The notes under the pieces are model-generated. The model saw only the letters and a program-made list of their open reading frames with translations, was not told the DNA's origin and ran no database searches. A DNA stretch of 20,000 bases, from IMG/VR virus record IMGVR_UViG_3300021185_002503; one strand, 5' to 3'. This DNA comes from an uncultured virus (IMG/VR IMGVR_UViG_3300021185_002503). Taxonomy: Duplodnaviria > Heunggongvirae > Uroviricota > Caudoviricetes. A program made the position numbers and the translations under genes. This document shows positions 6,754 through 15,882 of this stretch, piece after piece (position 1 is the stretch's first letter; each line of letters opens with the position of its first letter).

Positions 6754-9063
6754 ATGAACGGAACCAACATAATGGAAATAAACGTAACTAAGCGTGATGG
6801 AACGCTTCAAAGCTTTGATTTAGAAAAAGTCCATAAAGTATTAGAATGGGCATGTGAAGATATTACTGGTGTTAGTATGTCGGAGATTGAAATTAAAGCT
6901 AACATTCAACTCTATGATAAAATACCAGCATATGATATTCATGAGCTACTTATTAAGTCTGCTGCAGAACTCATATCTGAGCACACCCCAAATTACCAAT
7001 TCGTTGCCGCAAGGTTAATTTCTTATAAACTAAGAAAAGAAGTCTATGGTGATTATACCCCATGGCCACTTGCACAACTAATTATTGAAAACGTTGATAG
7101 AGGCGTATACGACGGTGATATTATGGTAAAATATCCTCGTGAAGAAATTGATGAACTTGACGCCTATATCAAGCATGACAGAGACGATACATTTACCTAT
7201 GCAGGTATGGAACAATTTAGAGGTAAATATCTCGTCCAAGACAGAAAAAACAAAGTTCATTATGAAACTCCACAGATGCTGTATATGATGGTTGCAGCAA
7301 CTCTATTCCAAAATTATCCAAACGAAACGCGAATTAAGTATGTAAAGGATTACTACGATGCAATTTCACAATTTTACATTTCACTACCTACACCGATTAT
7401 GGCAGGTGTTCGTACACCAGTTAGACAGTTCTCGAGTTGTGTTCTCATTGAGTCTGGCGACAGCCTTGACTCAATTAACGCTACTGCTACTAGTGTTGTC
7501 AAATACATAAGCAAAAAGGCAGGTATTGGAATTGGTGCTGGTTCAATTAGAGCCGAAGGTGCCAAAGTCGGAGATGGTTCAGTTGTACACACAGGGCTTA
7601 TACCATTTCTAAAATACTTTCAATCAGCTGTAAAATCATGTTCTCAAGGTGGAGTTCGTGGTGGTGCAGCAACAGTTTACTTACCATTATGGCATTACGA
7701 ATTTGAAGATTTAGTTGTGCTTAAAAATAATAAAGGTACAGAGGAAACAAGAGTTCGTCACATGGACTACTCCTTTCAGTTAAATAAGTTAATGTACGAA
7801 AGATTATTAACTGGTGGTAACATAACATTTTTTGACCCGAACGATGTTCCAGGCTTATATGAATCGTTCTTTGATGACCAAGATAAATTCAAAGAATTAT
7901 ACGAAAAGTACGAGAGAGCATATTCAATCAGAAAGAAAACTCTACCAGCACTCGAAGTATTTCAGACATTATTAACTGAAAGAAAAGATACCGGTAGAAT
8001 TTATATTATGAATGTTGACCATGCAAATGAACATGGTGCATTTGAACCTAAAAAGGCTCCAATCAGAATGAGTAATCTATGTTGTGAGATTGATTTACCA
8101 ACTACTCCTATGGAATCATATGATGACCATACAGGAGAAATATCACTATGTACATTATCAGCAATTAATTGGGGTTTAATTAACCATCCAAAAGAATTTG
8201 AAAAGTGGTGTGATTTATCAGTTAGAGCACTTGACGAGTTATTGGATTACCAAAATTATCCAGTTGCAGCAGCAGAACAAGGGACGAAAAACAGACGACC
8301 TTTAGGTATTGGTATTATTAATTTAGCTTATTTCTTAGCAAAAAGAGGATTTAAATACGATGAATCGGCATTTGAAATAGTTGATGAATACGCAGAAGCT
8401 TGGTCATATTATTTAATTAAAGCATCTGCAAATTTAGCACAAGAAAAAGGCAAAATACCTAAAAATAATGATACAAAGTATGCCCGCGGAGTTCTGCCAA
8501 ATGATACATATAAGGGTGCGATAGATAATTTGATAGAGCATAAAGAACGATTCCCGTGGGACGAGCTGAGAACTCAACTCAAAGACACTGGAATCCGCAA
8601 TTCAACTCTCATGGCATTAATGCCCGCAGAAACATCCGCACAGATTAGTAATAGTACAAATGGTATTGAACCTCCTAGAGCTTTAGTATCATATAAACAA
8701 TCCAAAGACGGAGTTCTAGCTCAAGTCGTACCAGCTTATCATCATTTGAAGAACAAATATGATTTACTCTGGGAACAAAAGAGTCCTGATGGATATCTTA
8801 AAATCTGTGCTATATTACAGAAGTACATAGACCAAGGTATTTCTGTTAACACATCTTATAATCCTGAACATTACGAGGATAATAAGATTCCAATGTCGGT
8901 AATGATACAAGACTTGGTTACTTCTTACAAGTTTGGTCTCAAGCAATTATATTATTTTAATACATACGATGGTGCCGGTGAAATGAAAGAAGATGAGCAC
9001 CACACTTACGAAAGTGGTACAACAATGGTAGATGACGAGGACTGTGACTCTTGCAAGATTTAA
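6754..9063 (+). CDS. nrdA: Ribonucleotide reductase class Ia alpha subunit
   Basis: N-terminal ATP cone (VTKRDG), PTPIMAG, FSSCVL, CSQGGVRGG, SNLCCEI, MPAETS, LYY tyrosine pair and C-terminal CDSC. Confidence 0.97.
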   Translation: MNGTNIMEINVTKRDGTLQSFDLEKVHKVLEWACEDITGVSMSEIEIKANIQLYDKIPAYDIHELLIKSAAELISEHTPNYQFVAARLISYKLRKEVYGDYTPWPLAQLIIENVDRGVYDGDIMVKYPREEIDELDAYIKHDRDDTFTYAGMEQFRGKYLVQDRKNKVHYETPQMLYMMVAATLFQNYPNETRIKYVKDYYDAISQFYISLPTPIMAGVRTPVRQFSSCVLIESGDSLDSINATATSVVKYISKKAGIGIGAGSIRAEGAKVGDGSVVHTGLIPFLKYFQSAVKSCSQGGVRGGAATVYLPLWHYEFEDLVVLKNNKGTEETRVRHMDYSFQLNKLMYERLLTGGNITFFDPNDVPGLYESFFDDQDKFKELYEKYERAYSIRKKTLPALEVFQTLLTERKDTGRIYIMNVDHANEHGAFEPKKAPIRMSNLCCEIDLPTTPMESYDDHTGEISLCTLSAINWGLINHPKEFEKWCDLSVRALDELLDYQNYPVAAAEQGTKNRRPLGIGIINLAYFLAKRGFKYDESAFEIVDEYAEAWSYYLIKASANLAQEKGKIPKNNDTKYARGVLPNDTYKGAIDNLIEHKERFPWDELRTQLKDTGIRNSTLMALMPAETSAQISNSTNGIEPPRALVSYKQSKDGVLAQVVPAYHHLKNKYDLLWEQKSPDGYLKICAILQKYIDQGISVNTSYNPEHYEDNKIPMSVMIQDLVTSYKFGLKQLYYFNTYDGAGEMKEDEHHTYESGTTMVDDEDCDSCKI

Positions 9064-9284
9064 GAAATAAAATAAATCAAAGAATGGACATCCTTCAAAT
9101 GTGGATGGAACAAGATTATCATATGTCTAAACCAGAAGTTGTATACGAACATACCTTGACCATTAGTAAATTTTGGTCGGTATTATCCGAAGAGGATAAA
9201 GACTATATACAATGTGCACAAGATGCAATAGAAACTAAATCAACAATTTCATGGAGACCCGATGCCGATACTGAAGAAAAGTAA
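9051..9284 (+). CDS. Small helical hypothetical protein between nrdA and nrdB
   Basis: Fills the gap and overlaps both genes. TTG start with GAGG upstream; alternative ATG at 9084. Confidence 0.6.
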   Translation: MQDLRNKINQRMDILQMWMEQDYHMSKPEVVYEHTLTISKFWSVLSEEDKDYIQCAQDAIETKSTISWRPDADTEEK

Positions 9285-10335
9285 AAAATCACATTTAACT
9301 AAAAATATGTTTTTAGATGAGTCTGTCGATGTTCAAAGATTCGACGAAGTTAAATACCCACAGATAGAAAAAATAACAGAAAAACAACTTGGATTCTTTT
9401 GGAGACCTGAAGAGGTAGATATTTCAAAAGATAAAAAAGATTTCGAGGCATTAACAGACCATGAAAAACACATTTTCACATCTAATCTCAAAAGGCAAAT
9501 ATTACTGGACTCTGTACAAGGTCGGGCCCCGAACCTTGCTTTCCTTCCTATTGCTTCGTTACCCGAAATTGAAAACTGGATTGAAACTTGGTCCTTTTTT
9601 GAAACTATTCATTCTCGCTCTTACACCCATATTATTAGGAATGTTTATCCTAACCCTGCTACTGTTTTTGACGGTATGCTTGATGTAAAAGAAATTTTAG
9701 AATGTGGTAACGATATTGCAAAATATTACGATGAGTTAATTTCAGATAATAATTCTGCCACAAATAAACTTGACCATAAACGTTCTTTATGGATGTGTAT
9801 GTTATCGGCAAATGCTTTAGAAGGAATTAGATTTTATGTATCATTTGCATGTTCATGGGCATTTGCAGAACTTAAAAAGATGGAAGGTAATGCAAAGATT
9901 ATCAAGTTTATCGCAAGAGATGAGAACACACACTTAGCTGGCACAACAACAATAATTAAAAAGATGTTGGCTGAGGATAAAGATTTTGTTAAAATTGCTA
10001 AGGAAATGGAACCTGAAGCAGTTAAATTATTTGAGAGAGTAATTGAACAAGAAAAAGAATGGGCCAGATATTTATTTAAAGATGGTTCAATGATTGGCTT
10101 AAATGAAAACATTTTAGCTGAATATATAGAATGGATTGGATGTAAAAGAATGAGAGCTATTAACTTACCTTGTCCTTATACTGTTCCAAAAATTAATCCA
10201 TTACCTTGGACGGAAAAATGGATTGGTGGTGGCAATGTCCAAGTTGCTCCACAAGAAACAGAAATCGCCAGCTATATTGTTGGTGGTGTTAAACAAGATG
10301 TTGATGACAACACATTAAAAAACTTAAGTTTATAA
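9262..10335 (+). CDS. nrdB: Ribonucleotide reductase class Ia beta subunit
   Basis: FFWRPEEVD, LDSVQGR, ETIHSRSY (radical Tyr), LEGIRFYVSF, RDENTH and C-terminal VAPQETE. Confidence 0.97.
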   Translation: MPILKKSKKSHLTKNMFLDESVDVQRFDEVKYPQIEKITEKQLGFFWRPEEVDISKDKKDFEALTDHEKHIFTSNLKRQILLDSVQGRAPNLAFLPIASLPEIENWIETWSFFETIHSRSYTHIIRNVYPNPATVFDGMLDVKEILECGNDIAKYYDELISDNNSATNKLDHKRSLWMCMLSANALEGIRFYVSFACSWAFAELKKMEGNAKIIKFIARDENTHLAGTTTIIKKMLAEDKDFVKIAKEMEPEAVKLFERVIEQEKEWARYLFKDGSMIGLNENILAEYIEWIGCKRMRAINLPCPYTVPKINPLPWTEKWIGGGNVQVAPQETEIASYIVGGVKQDVDDNTLKNLSL

Positions 10336-10508
10336 TGAAAGAGAAGAAAATATTACAAATAGTTAATCTATCGCCGAACGAATCGATTATAGAAAAACTA
10401 CCAGATGTTCACCCAATGAGACAAATCTTTTGGGCTTCCATTATTCAAGTAAGCGTATTTTTTATGATGTTATTAGCATTTTTTACAATAGGAAAAGCAT
10501 TACAATGA
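10335..10508 (+). CDS. 57-aa single-pass membrane protein (not in ORF track)
   Basis: MKEKKILQIVNLSPNESIIEKLPDVHPMRQIFWASIIQVSVFFMMLLAFFTIGKALQ. TAATG overlap with the nrdB stop and ATGA overlap with the next start. Confidence 0.75.
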   Translation: MKEKKILQIVNLSPNESIIEKLPDVHPMRQIFWASIIQVSVFFMMLLAFFTIGKALQ

Positions 10509-11083
10509 TAGCAATATTCGATGATTACATCAAAGATAAAGATTTTTTAAAAGAAATCGAAGATAACCAAGAAGAAATTTTTAAAGACCCAGGCATTTAT
10601 AAATGGTGGGGAGGTTGGTGGACAACACCACCTGTAAATACAACACAAAAACTCGTTGATTGGGTTTGGTCAGATGGATGTCCTATTTCACAGAAGTGGA
10701 ATATTAAAGGATTTGAATACTGGACAGGTATTCAAACATGTGATAAAACTGATAGCAATTGGGAAAACAATCTTGTAATGCATGTCGATAAAGACGAAGC
10801 ATTATGGGAAAAAACTGGAGAAATACAAGGACCTATTATTGGTACAATTTACTATCCTCCAGGTCAAGATTTTGATGGTGGTAATTTAGAGATTTATACT
10901 GATGGTAGAGATAAAGAACCAGAAGTTGTAAAAGCTAAAGATAATAGACTTATTATATTCCAAGCAGGAGACCATTATCATAGAGTTTCAGAAGTTACTA
11001 GAGGAACTCGAAGAGCAATCGCATTTAATTTATGGGAAGGAGAACCCACTGGAGTAGAATCCGGAGATTTAGTACAGGAGTAA
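10505..11083 (+). CDS. 2-oxoglutarate/Fe(II)-dependent oxygenase (prolyl-hydroxylase-like)
   Basis: HxD (MHVDKD), GGNLEI, NRLIIF, distal His (YHRV) and RRAIAFN 2OG-binding Arg. Start 10505 chosen from the ATGA coupling. Confidence 0.85.
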   Translation: MIAIFDDYIKDKDFLKEIEDNQEEIFKDPGIYKWWGGWWTTPPVNTTQKLVDWVWSDGCPISQKWNIKGFEYWTGIQTCDKTDSNWENNLVMHVDKDEALWEKTGEIQGPIIGTIYYPPGQDFDGGNLEIYTDGRDKEPEVVKAKDNRLIIFQAGDHYHRVSEVTRGTRRAIAFNLWEGEPTGVESGDLVQE

Positions 11084-11084
11084 T

Positions 11085-11516
11085 ATGAAAGGATATATAA
11101 TATCTATATGTTTGGCAATGGTTGGTACAATTGCTATGGCATATCAAAATTTAGAATATAAAGATGTGCCAAGAACGACATCATGTACAGGTGAATGTTA
11201 TATAGAATATGTTAAACTAAATGGCACACCATCTGAGATAGAAAGACGTAAACAAGCTTTAGCTGAAGGAGACCCTTTTAGTTCTATTAAAGGATTATGG
11301 GCTGGATGCGCAGCATGTCACGGAACAGAAGGACAGGGAATGGGACCATTTCCTGCACTAGCTGGTCAATCATCAGATTATATTGTTGACAGATTAACAA
11401 CATATAAAAACAAAGGCCAAGTTGGAGCTATGAGTTCTACTATGTGGGCCCAAGCTGGTATGTTATCAGAACAAGATATAGAAACAATTGGTAAATTTAT
11501 TGAGGAAACATTATGA
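11085..11516 (+). CDS. Exported/membrane-anchored class I cytochrome c (c553/c4-like domain)
   Basis: SD AGGAG, N-terminal hydrophobic signal, heme motif CAACH (11307-11321), FPALAGQ..DYI...L..YK, distal Met (STM) and terminal helix LSEQDIETIGKFI. Confidence 0.88.
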   Translation: MKGYIISICLAMVGTIAMAYQNLEYKDVPRTTSCTGECYIEYVKLNGTPSEIERRKQALAEGDPFSSIKGLWAGCAACHGTEGQGMGPFPALAGQSSDYIVDRLTTYKNKGQVGAMSSTMWAQAGMLSEQDIETIGKFIEETL

Positions 11517-11731
11517 TAGAGATTTATGGAAAAACACCATGTCCATTTTGCGATATGGCAAAACAACTTTGTGAAAAAGAAGGATTAGAATATCAATATT
11601 TTCATTACGGAATAGATTTTAGTAGAGACGAAATGCTAGCAAAATTTCCAGGTGCTCGAACATTTCCACAGATTATCGTTGACGGTAATAAAATCGGTGG
11701 ATATACGGAGCTTAAAGAACACTTAGGATAA
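11513..11731 (+). CDS. nrdC: Glutaredoxin (NrdC-like)
   Basis: CPFC active site, TFPQI, IGGYTEL; lies near the RNR genes. Confidence 0.9.
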   Translation: MIEIYGKTPCPFCDMAKQLCEKEGLEYQYFHYGIDFSRDEMLAKFPGARTFPQIIVDGNKIGGYTELKEHLG

Positions 11732-11740
11732 GGAGACCTA

Positions 11741-11893
11741 ATGTCAGACCCAAACCATTGGTACACACACAATTGCGAATTTTGTTTTACAGAAACAAGA
11801 ATTCACTTTTTAGAAGAAAAACCAGAACCTATATTTTGTCCACATTGTGGAACAGCAGTTGAGGAGCCAGATGAGCTTGATTTTGATGTATAA
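11741..11893 (+). CDS. 50-aa zinc-ribbon protein (not in ORF track)
   Basis: SD AGGAG. MSDPNHWYTHNCEFCFTETRIHFLEEKPEPIFCPHCGTAVEEPDELDFDV has two CxxC pairs and an acidic tail. Confidence 0.8.
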   Translation: MSDPNHWYTHNCEFCFTETRIHFLEEKPEPIFCPHCGTAVEEPDELDFDV

Positions 11894-11896
11894 ATA
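11889..11896 (+). promoter_or_regulatory. T4-type late promoter TATAAATA
   Basis: Exact consensus 5 nt before ATG 11902; no SD in between. Confidence 0.75.
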
Positions 11897-11901
11897 CATA
11901 T

Positions 11902-12345
11902 ATGGAATGGATATACAATGGTCGCAAGTGGGAACCACCAGAGGATTTTTCCTCTGAGGATTATTATGGGTTTGTCTACTGTATTACAAATCGTGCTACA
12001 GGTAGAAAATATATCGGCAAAAAGTTTTTTTGGTCAAAGAAAACTCTACCAATCACAAAAACTAGAAAACGCAGAAAACGACTTTTAGTCGAAAGCGATT
12101 GGCGCGTTTACTATGGCTCAAATAAACATTTAAAAGGCGATGTAGAAAAACAAGGTGATGAAATGTTTCATAGAGAAATAATTCACCTATGTAAAACCAA
12201 AGGGACATGTGCTTATATGGAAGCAAAAGAACAGTTTGATAGAGAAGTATTGCTAACAGATGATTATTATAATGGAATTATTTCTTGCAAAATTGGCGGA
12301 ATGACGGTCAAAAATTTACAAGAAAACACTGTACAAAACGATTAA
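11902..12345 (+). CDS. Stand-alone GIY-YIG nuclease (endonuclease II/DenA-like)
   Basis: YGFVYCITN...RKYIGKK, YYGS, Glu in YMEAKEQF, YYNGII. No C-terminal DNA-binding extension. Confidence 0.8.
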   Translation: MEWIYNGRKWEPPEDFSSEDYYGFVYCITNRATGRKYIGKKFFWSKKTLPITKTRKRRKRLLVESDWRVYYGSNKHLKGDVEKQGDEMFHREIIHLCKTKGTCAYMEAKEQFDREVLLTDDYYNGIISCKIGGMTVKNLQENTVQND

Positions 12346-12358
12346 AACCTGGTATAAT
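12330..12358 (+). promoter_or_regulatory. Sigma70-like early/middle promoter
   Basis: AAAACAC-TGTACA, 17-nt spacer, TGG-TATAAT; ATG at 12366 follows after 7 nt. Confidence 0.8.
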
Positions 12359-12365
12359 ACTAATA

Positions 12366-12770
12366 ATGGCAGAAATAATTAACATATTCACTGGTAAAGA
12401 GATAAAGCGTATTAAATCTCAAGAAGAAATAATCGCTGAATTACACGATGATATGATTAAAATCTCTCAACATATATTCGATTGTATAGATGAAGAATTA
12501 TATGAAATAGGTCAAACACCTGAAGGTCATAATATCTCAGGACTTGAGTTAAGAGATGAAAATCTAAAAGAAGGCAGAGATGCTTTAGTAATAGTAAACT
12601 TATTATATAGTATGTTACTAAGGTTTAAAGGCGAAGACCATGGATTACAAAAAGACATGGATAGATTATATGTTAAATTAAAAGCAATGAAAGCTTTAAA
12701 AAGAAATGATACTGAGATTGCTTTCGAGCCTGATTTTATTACAGATGAGGATTACGATGATACTACTTGA
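12366..12770 (+). CDS. Hypothetical acidic helical protein
   Basis: Start MAEIINIF placed just downstream of the promoter; the ORF-track 5' extension overlaps the promoter. Confidence 0.7.
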   Translation: MAEIINIFTGKEIKRIKSQEEIIAELHDDMIKISQHIFDCIDEELYEIGQTPEGHNISGLELRDENLKEGRDALVIVNLLYSMLLRFKGEDHGLQKDMDRLYVKLKAMKALKRNDTEIAFEPDFITDEDYDDTT

Positions 12771-13626
12771 TTATTCACAAATCGCACTATCAAATATTAT
12801 AGTGCAAAAACTAAATGATGAGTCTATGATAAGACACATGATTCTAAACTCTATTAGAATGTATAACAAAAAATATAGAGACGAATTTGGCCAAATGGTT
12901 ATATGTGCTGATGGTATGAATACCTGGCGTAAAGATTATTATCCTTATTATAAAGCTAAAAGAAGAACAAAAAGAGAACAATCTGACCAAGATTGGAATG
13001 AGATTTTTAGAATTCTACATTTGGTTAGAGATGAAATTAAAGAAAACCTACCTTATAAGGTTATTCACATGGACGGAGTAGAAGCAGATGACATTATTGC
13101 TTCATTAGTATTACAATCTCAAGAGTTTGGTTTAGGTGAACCAATGATGATTGTTTCCTCTGATAAAGATTTTATTCAATTACAAAAATTTAAAAATGTC
13201 AAACAATTTAGTCCTATACAAAAGAAAATAGTAAAGGACAATAACCCTAGAACTTATTTGTTCAATCATATAATGAAAGGCGATACCGGAGATGGTATTC
13301 CTAATGTGTTATCTGACGATGATACATTTGTGACTGATAAAAAACAAACCCCATTACGAAAAACTAGAATTGCTGAATGGTTAGAAAATTCAGATAATTT
13401 AAGAAATGTAATGGAACATGAGACGTTTCGTAATTATCAACGAAACAAAAAGTTAATTGATTTGACGGAAGTCCCAGAAGACATCCAACAAAACATTATA
13501 TATAATTATAACGAGCAAAAAGTTGCTATGAAAATGAAAGTATTGAATTACTTAATTAAAAAGAGATGTAACCAATTGATTGAAGTTGTGGAGGAATTTT
13601 ATAACAATGAAACTATTAGTATCTGA
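12757..13626 (+). CDS. rnh: T4-type RNase H (5'-3' exonuclease, FEN family)
   Basis: MILLDYSQ, WRKDYYPYYKAKR, EADDIIA, SSDKDFIQLQ, GDTGDGIPN; SD GAGGA before 12757. Confidence 0.93.
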   Translation: MILLDYSQIALSNIIVQKLNDESMIRHMILNSIRMYNKKYRDEFGQMVICADGMNTWRKDYYPYYKAKRRTKREQSDQDWNEIFRILHLVRDEIKENLPYKVIHMDGVEADDIIASLVLQSQEFGLGEPMMIVSSDKDFIQLQKFKNVKQFSPIQKKIVKDNNPRTYLFNHIMKGDTGDGIPNVLSDDDTFVTDKKQTPLRKTRIAEWLENSDNLRNVMEHETFRNYQRNKKLIDLTEVPEDIQQNIIYNYNEQKVAMKMKVLNYLIKKRCNQLIEVVEEFYNNETISI

Positions 13627-14035
13627 AGTATTAACAAAGGCGAATAAAGTCGCCAAAAGAGAAGACAGAATTGCGTTCTTAAAAGAACACGATTCACCTG
13701 CATTAAGGGATGTAATCAGAATCGCATATGACGATGATGTAGTATCTCTCCTACCTGTAGGGAAACCACCTTATAAAGAAGATGATGCACCTGAAGGTCA
13801 TGCACCAAGCAGTCTTTATAAAGAATTTAGACAATTTAAATATTTTTTCAAAGGAGCTATCGCAGATAAGCTAAAACCTATGAAAAGAGAAACCCTATTT
13901 GTCCAGCTTTTGGAAAGCATTCATGCATCCGAAGCTAAGTTACTCGTCAGAGCAAAAGATAAGGATATGAAAAATATCCCTGGAGTAACGAAAAAACTTT
14001 GTCAGGAAGCATTTCCTGGTTTGATTGCAAAGTAA
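13607..14035 (+). CDS. Conserved hypothetical protein of T4-like phages, downstream of rnh
   Basis: SD GGAGG; LPVGKPPYK...KRETLFVQLLESIH..EA.LL...KDK pattern. Confidence 0.75.
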   Translation: MKLLVSEVLTKANKVAKREDRIAFLKEHDSPALRDVIRIAYDDDVVSLLPVGKPPYKEDDAPEGHAPSSLYKEFRQFKYFFKGAIADKLKPMKRETLFVQLLESIHASEAKLLVRAKDKDMKNIPGVTKKLCQEAFPGLIAK

Positions 14036-14077
14036 GTCTATATTATGAGTATTTTAACTATTACAAGGAGTATAATT

Positions 14078-14245
14078 ATGAATTGTCAATCGGTTGAACG
14101 TCTCAAAAAAGATAGGAAAGAGACTTTATACTATCGTAGAAAATTACTACAAAAAGGGAAAAACGCAATTGCGGCCAGACTCATGAAAAAAATCGCGAGG
14201 ATGGACCAAGATATTGCTGATATGAAACAAGTAATAAATTCTTAG
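14078..14245 (+). CDS. Small basic helical protein
   Basis: SD AGGAG at 14066 precedes ATG 14078. Confidence 0.65.
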   Translation: MNCQSVERLKKDRKETLYYRRKLLQKGKNAIAARLMKKIARMDQDIADMKQVINS

Positions 14246-14273
14246 GAGGGATTTAGGAATGTGCAGATAACAC

Positions 14274-14302
14274 TGTACATTCCACTAAACTTGTGGTATA
14301 AT
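14274..14302 (+). promoter_or_regulatory. Sigma70-like early/middle promoter
   Basis: AACAC-TGTACA, 17-nt spacer, TGG-TATAAT; ATG at 14312. Confidence 0.8.
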
Positions 14303-14311
14303 AACTATATT

Positions 14312-14884
14312 ATGAATATATTTGTACTAGATAATGACCCAGTAAAAGCAGCACAATTACAGTGCGATAAACATGTCGTTAAGATGATTGTGGAATCTGC
14401 TCAAATGCTGTCAACTACTCACAGAATGTTGGACGGCACCGAAATGAAAAAGCCTTCAAAGTCTGGAAAAACAATGGTGAAATACTATGAGTTACCAGAT
14501 GAACGAGAGGATATACTTTACAAATCAGTTCATTTCAATCATCCATGCACTGTTTGGACGAGGGAAAGCTGTTGTAATTATTCATGGCACTATGAGCATT
14601 TTATTGCACTTTGTGATGAGTATAAATATAGGTATGGTAAAACACATTCAACGGATAGTAAGTTGAGAGATATTCTAAGTAAAATCCCAACTAATATCAA
14701 CAGAAATGGCGGAATGACAATGTTCAAACTAGCCATGAAAGCAAGTCCAGAATGTGTGGTACATGGATTAGGGGGTACAGATGCAGTCGAATCCTACCGT
14801 AATTTTTACCAAACAAAGCAAGCAAGGTTCAGTATGGTCTGGACCAAACGCAAAATACCGGAGTGGTTTAATGCCAATATATGA
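14312..14884 (+). CDS. Pyrimidine dimer DNA glycosylase / endonuclease V-like protein
   Basis: MNIFVLD.DP..AA...CDKHVVKMIVESAQML, NHPCTVW, LCDEY..RYGK.H, AVESYR.FY. Confidence 0.8.
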   Translation: MNIFVLDNDPVKAAQLQCDKHVVKMIVESAQMLSTTHRMLDGTEMKKPSKSGKTMVKYYELPDEREDILYKSVHFNHPCTVWTRESCCNYSWHYEHFIALCDEYKYRYGKTHSTDSKLRDILSKIPTNINRNGGMTMFKLAMKASPECVVHGLGGTDAVESYRNFYQTKQARFSMVWTKRKIPEWFNANI

Positions 14885-15119
14885 TTTTGAAAATCAGAAC
14901 GACAAGAAAATTGAAACGCACATGATGAAAATTGCCGATAAGGTTCAATTTCTTAAAGACAACCCACACTTAAAGCAAGTAATTCTTAAAGCACCAGGAA
15001 TAGATTATGACGGTGGAAAATCCGTTTTAGGTAGAGCTGGTGATGGATGGAAGGAAGTGCAAGACAAAATTAAAAGTAATTTACCCCCAAGTCTTAGAGA
15101 TAATATTAAAACAAAGTAG
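14871..15119 (+). CDS. Small protein with FmdB-like N-terminus lacking Cys ligands
   Basis: MPIYDF start with SD GGAG; GDGWKEV..KIK C-terminal motif. Confidence 0.65.
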   Translation: MPIYDFENQNDKKIETHMMKIADKVQFLKDNPHLKQVILKAPGIDYDGGKSVLGRAGDGWKEVQDKIKSNLPPSLRDNIKTK

Positions 15120-15127
15120 GAGTAATA

Positions 15128-15208
15128 ATGAAAAAATTATATAAAAGATTACATAAATTTATGAAATGTAGTCGAATCCAAAATGTTTGGAGAACCATGT
15201 TGAGATGA
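15128..15208 (+). CDS. 26-aa basic amphipathic peptide (not in ORF track)
   Basis: SD AGGAG; MKKLYKRLHKFMKCSRIQNVWRTMLR; ATGA overlap with the exonuclease start. Confidence 0.55.
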   Translation: MKKLYKRLHKFMKCSRIQNVWRTMLR

Positions 15209-15879
15209 AATTTTTACACGAACCAATTGCATTAGGTTATGATGACTTAATTGCAGAGAGTACTGGAACAGGCAGAATATACAAAGACCCAGAAGGAAAA
15301 GAATATCCGTCGGTCACAACTGTATTAAAAATTCTATCTGAAGAAGCAATCCAAAAATGGAGAGCTCGTGTTGGCGAAGAAGAAGCCAATAGAGTATCAA
15401 GGATTGCAAGCTCCCGCGGTACAACGGTTCATAACATTATAGAAAAATATATAGCTAACGACCCTGATTTTATCAAGGACGAAATGCCTCATAATATACA
15501 AACATTTAAAGATGTACAACCCATCTTAGATGAATGTGTAACTAAAGTATATTGTCAAGAAGCACCACTATTTTCTAAACATTTAGGTTTAGCAGGAAGA
15601 GTAGATTTGGTCGGACAATGGAAAGGTGTAGATTCAATCATTGATTGGAAAACATCTAGAAAACTAAAAAAGAAAGAATGGATATCCAATTACTTCATTC
15701 AATGTTCAGCATATGCAATTATGTGGGAAGAGAGAACTGGCAGACCAATTAAGCAATTAGTTGTTTGTATTGCTGGAGACGACGGCCCACAAGTTTTTAT
15801 CGAGGACAGAGATAATTGGACCAAAACTTTAGTAGATACAATTGCAGAATATAAAAGAAGGAAATTTTTTGGGAGGTAA
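15205..15879 (+). CDS. PD-(D/E)XK exonuclease
   Basis: YPSVTTVL, RGTTVH, EAPL, AGRVDL, IIDWKTS, Q..AYA motifs. Confidence 0.88.
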   Translation: MKFLHEPIALGYDDLIAESTGTGRIYKDPEGKEYPSVTTVLKILSEEAIQKWRARVGEEEANRVSRIASSRGTTVHNIIEKYIANDPDFIKDEMPHNIQTFKDVQPILDECVTKVYCQEAPLFSKHLGLAGRVDLVGQWKGVDSIIDWKTSRKLKKKEWISNYFIQCSAYAIMWEERTGRPIKQLVVCIAGDDGPQVFIEDRDNWTKTLVDTIAEYKRRKFFGR

Positions 15880-15882
15880 AAT

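Noticed and set aside
6754..10335. Introns or inteins in nrdA/nrdB
   Set aside because: Both frames are continuous, of normal class Ia length, with motifs in the expected order.
14239..14260. Hairpin as an intrinsic terminator before the 14274 promoter
   Set aside because: The stem is weak, relies on G-U pairs and has no U-tract.
14621..14666. A fourth TATAAATA-N5-ATG inside the glycosylase gene
   Set aside because: It arises from the conserved YKYRYG coding sequence and opens only a 10-codon frame; probably coincidental.
15205..15879. Cas4 / CRISPR association of the PD-(D/E)XK nuclease
   Set aside because: It lacks the four-Cys Fe-S cluster arrangement, and no repeat-spacer array or other cas genes are visible in the window.
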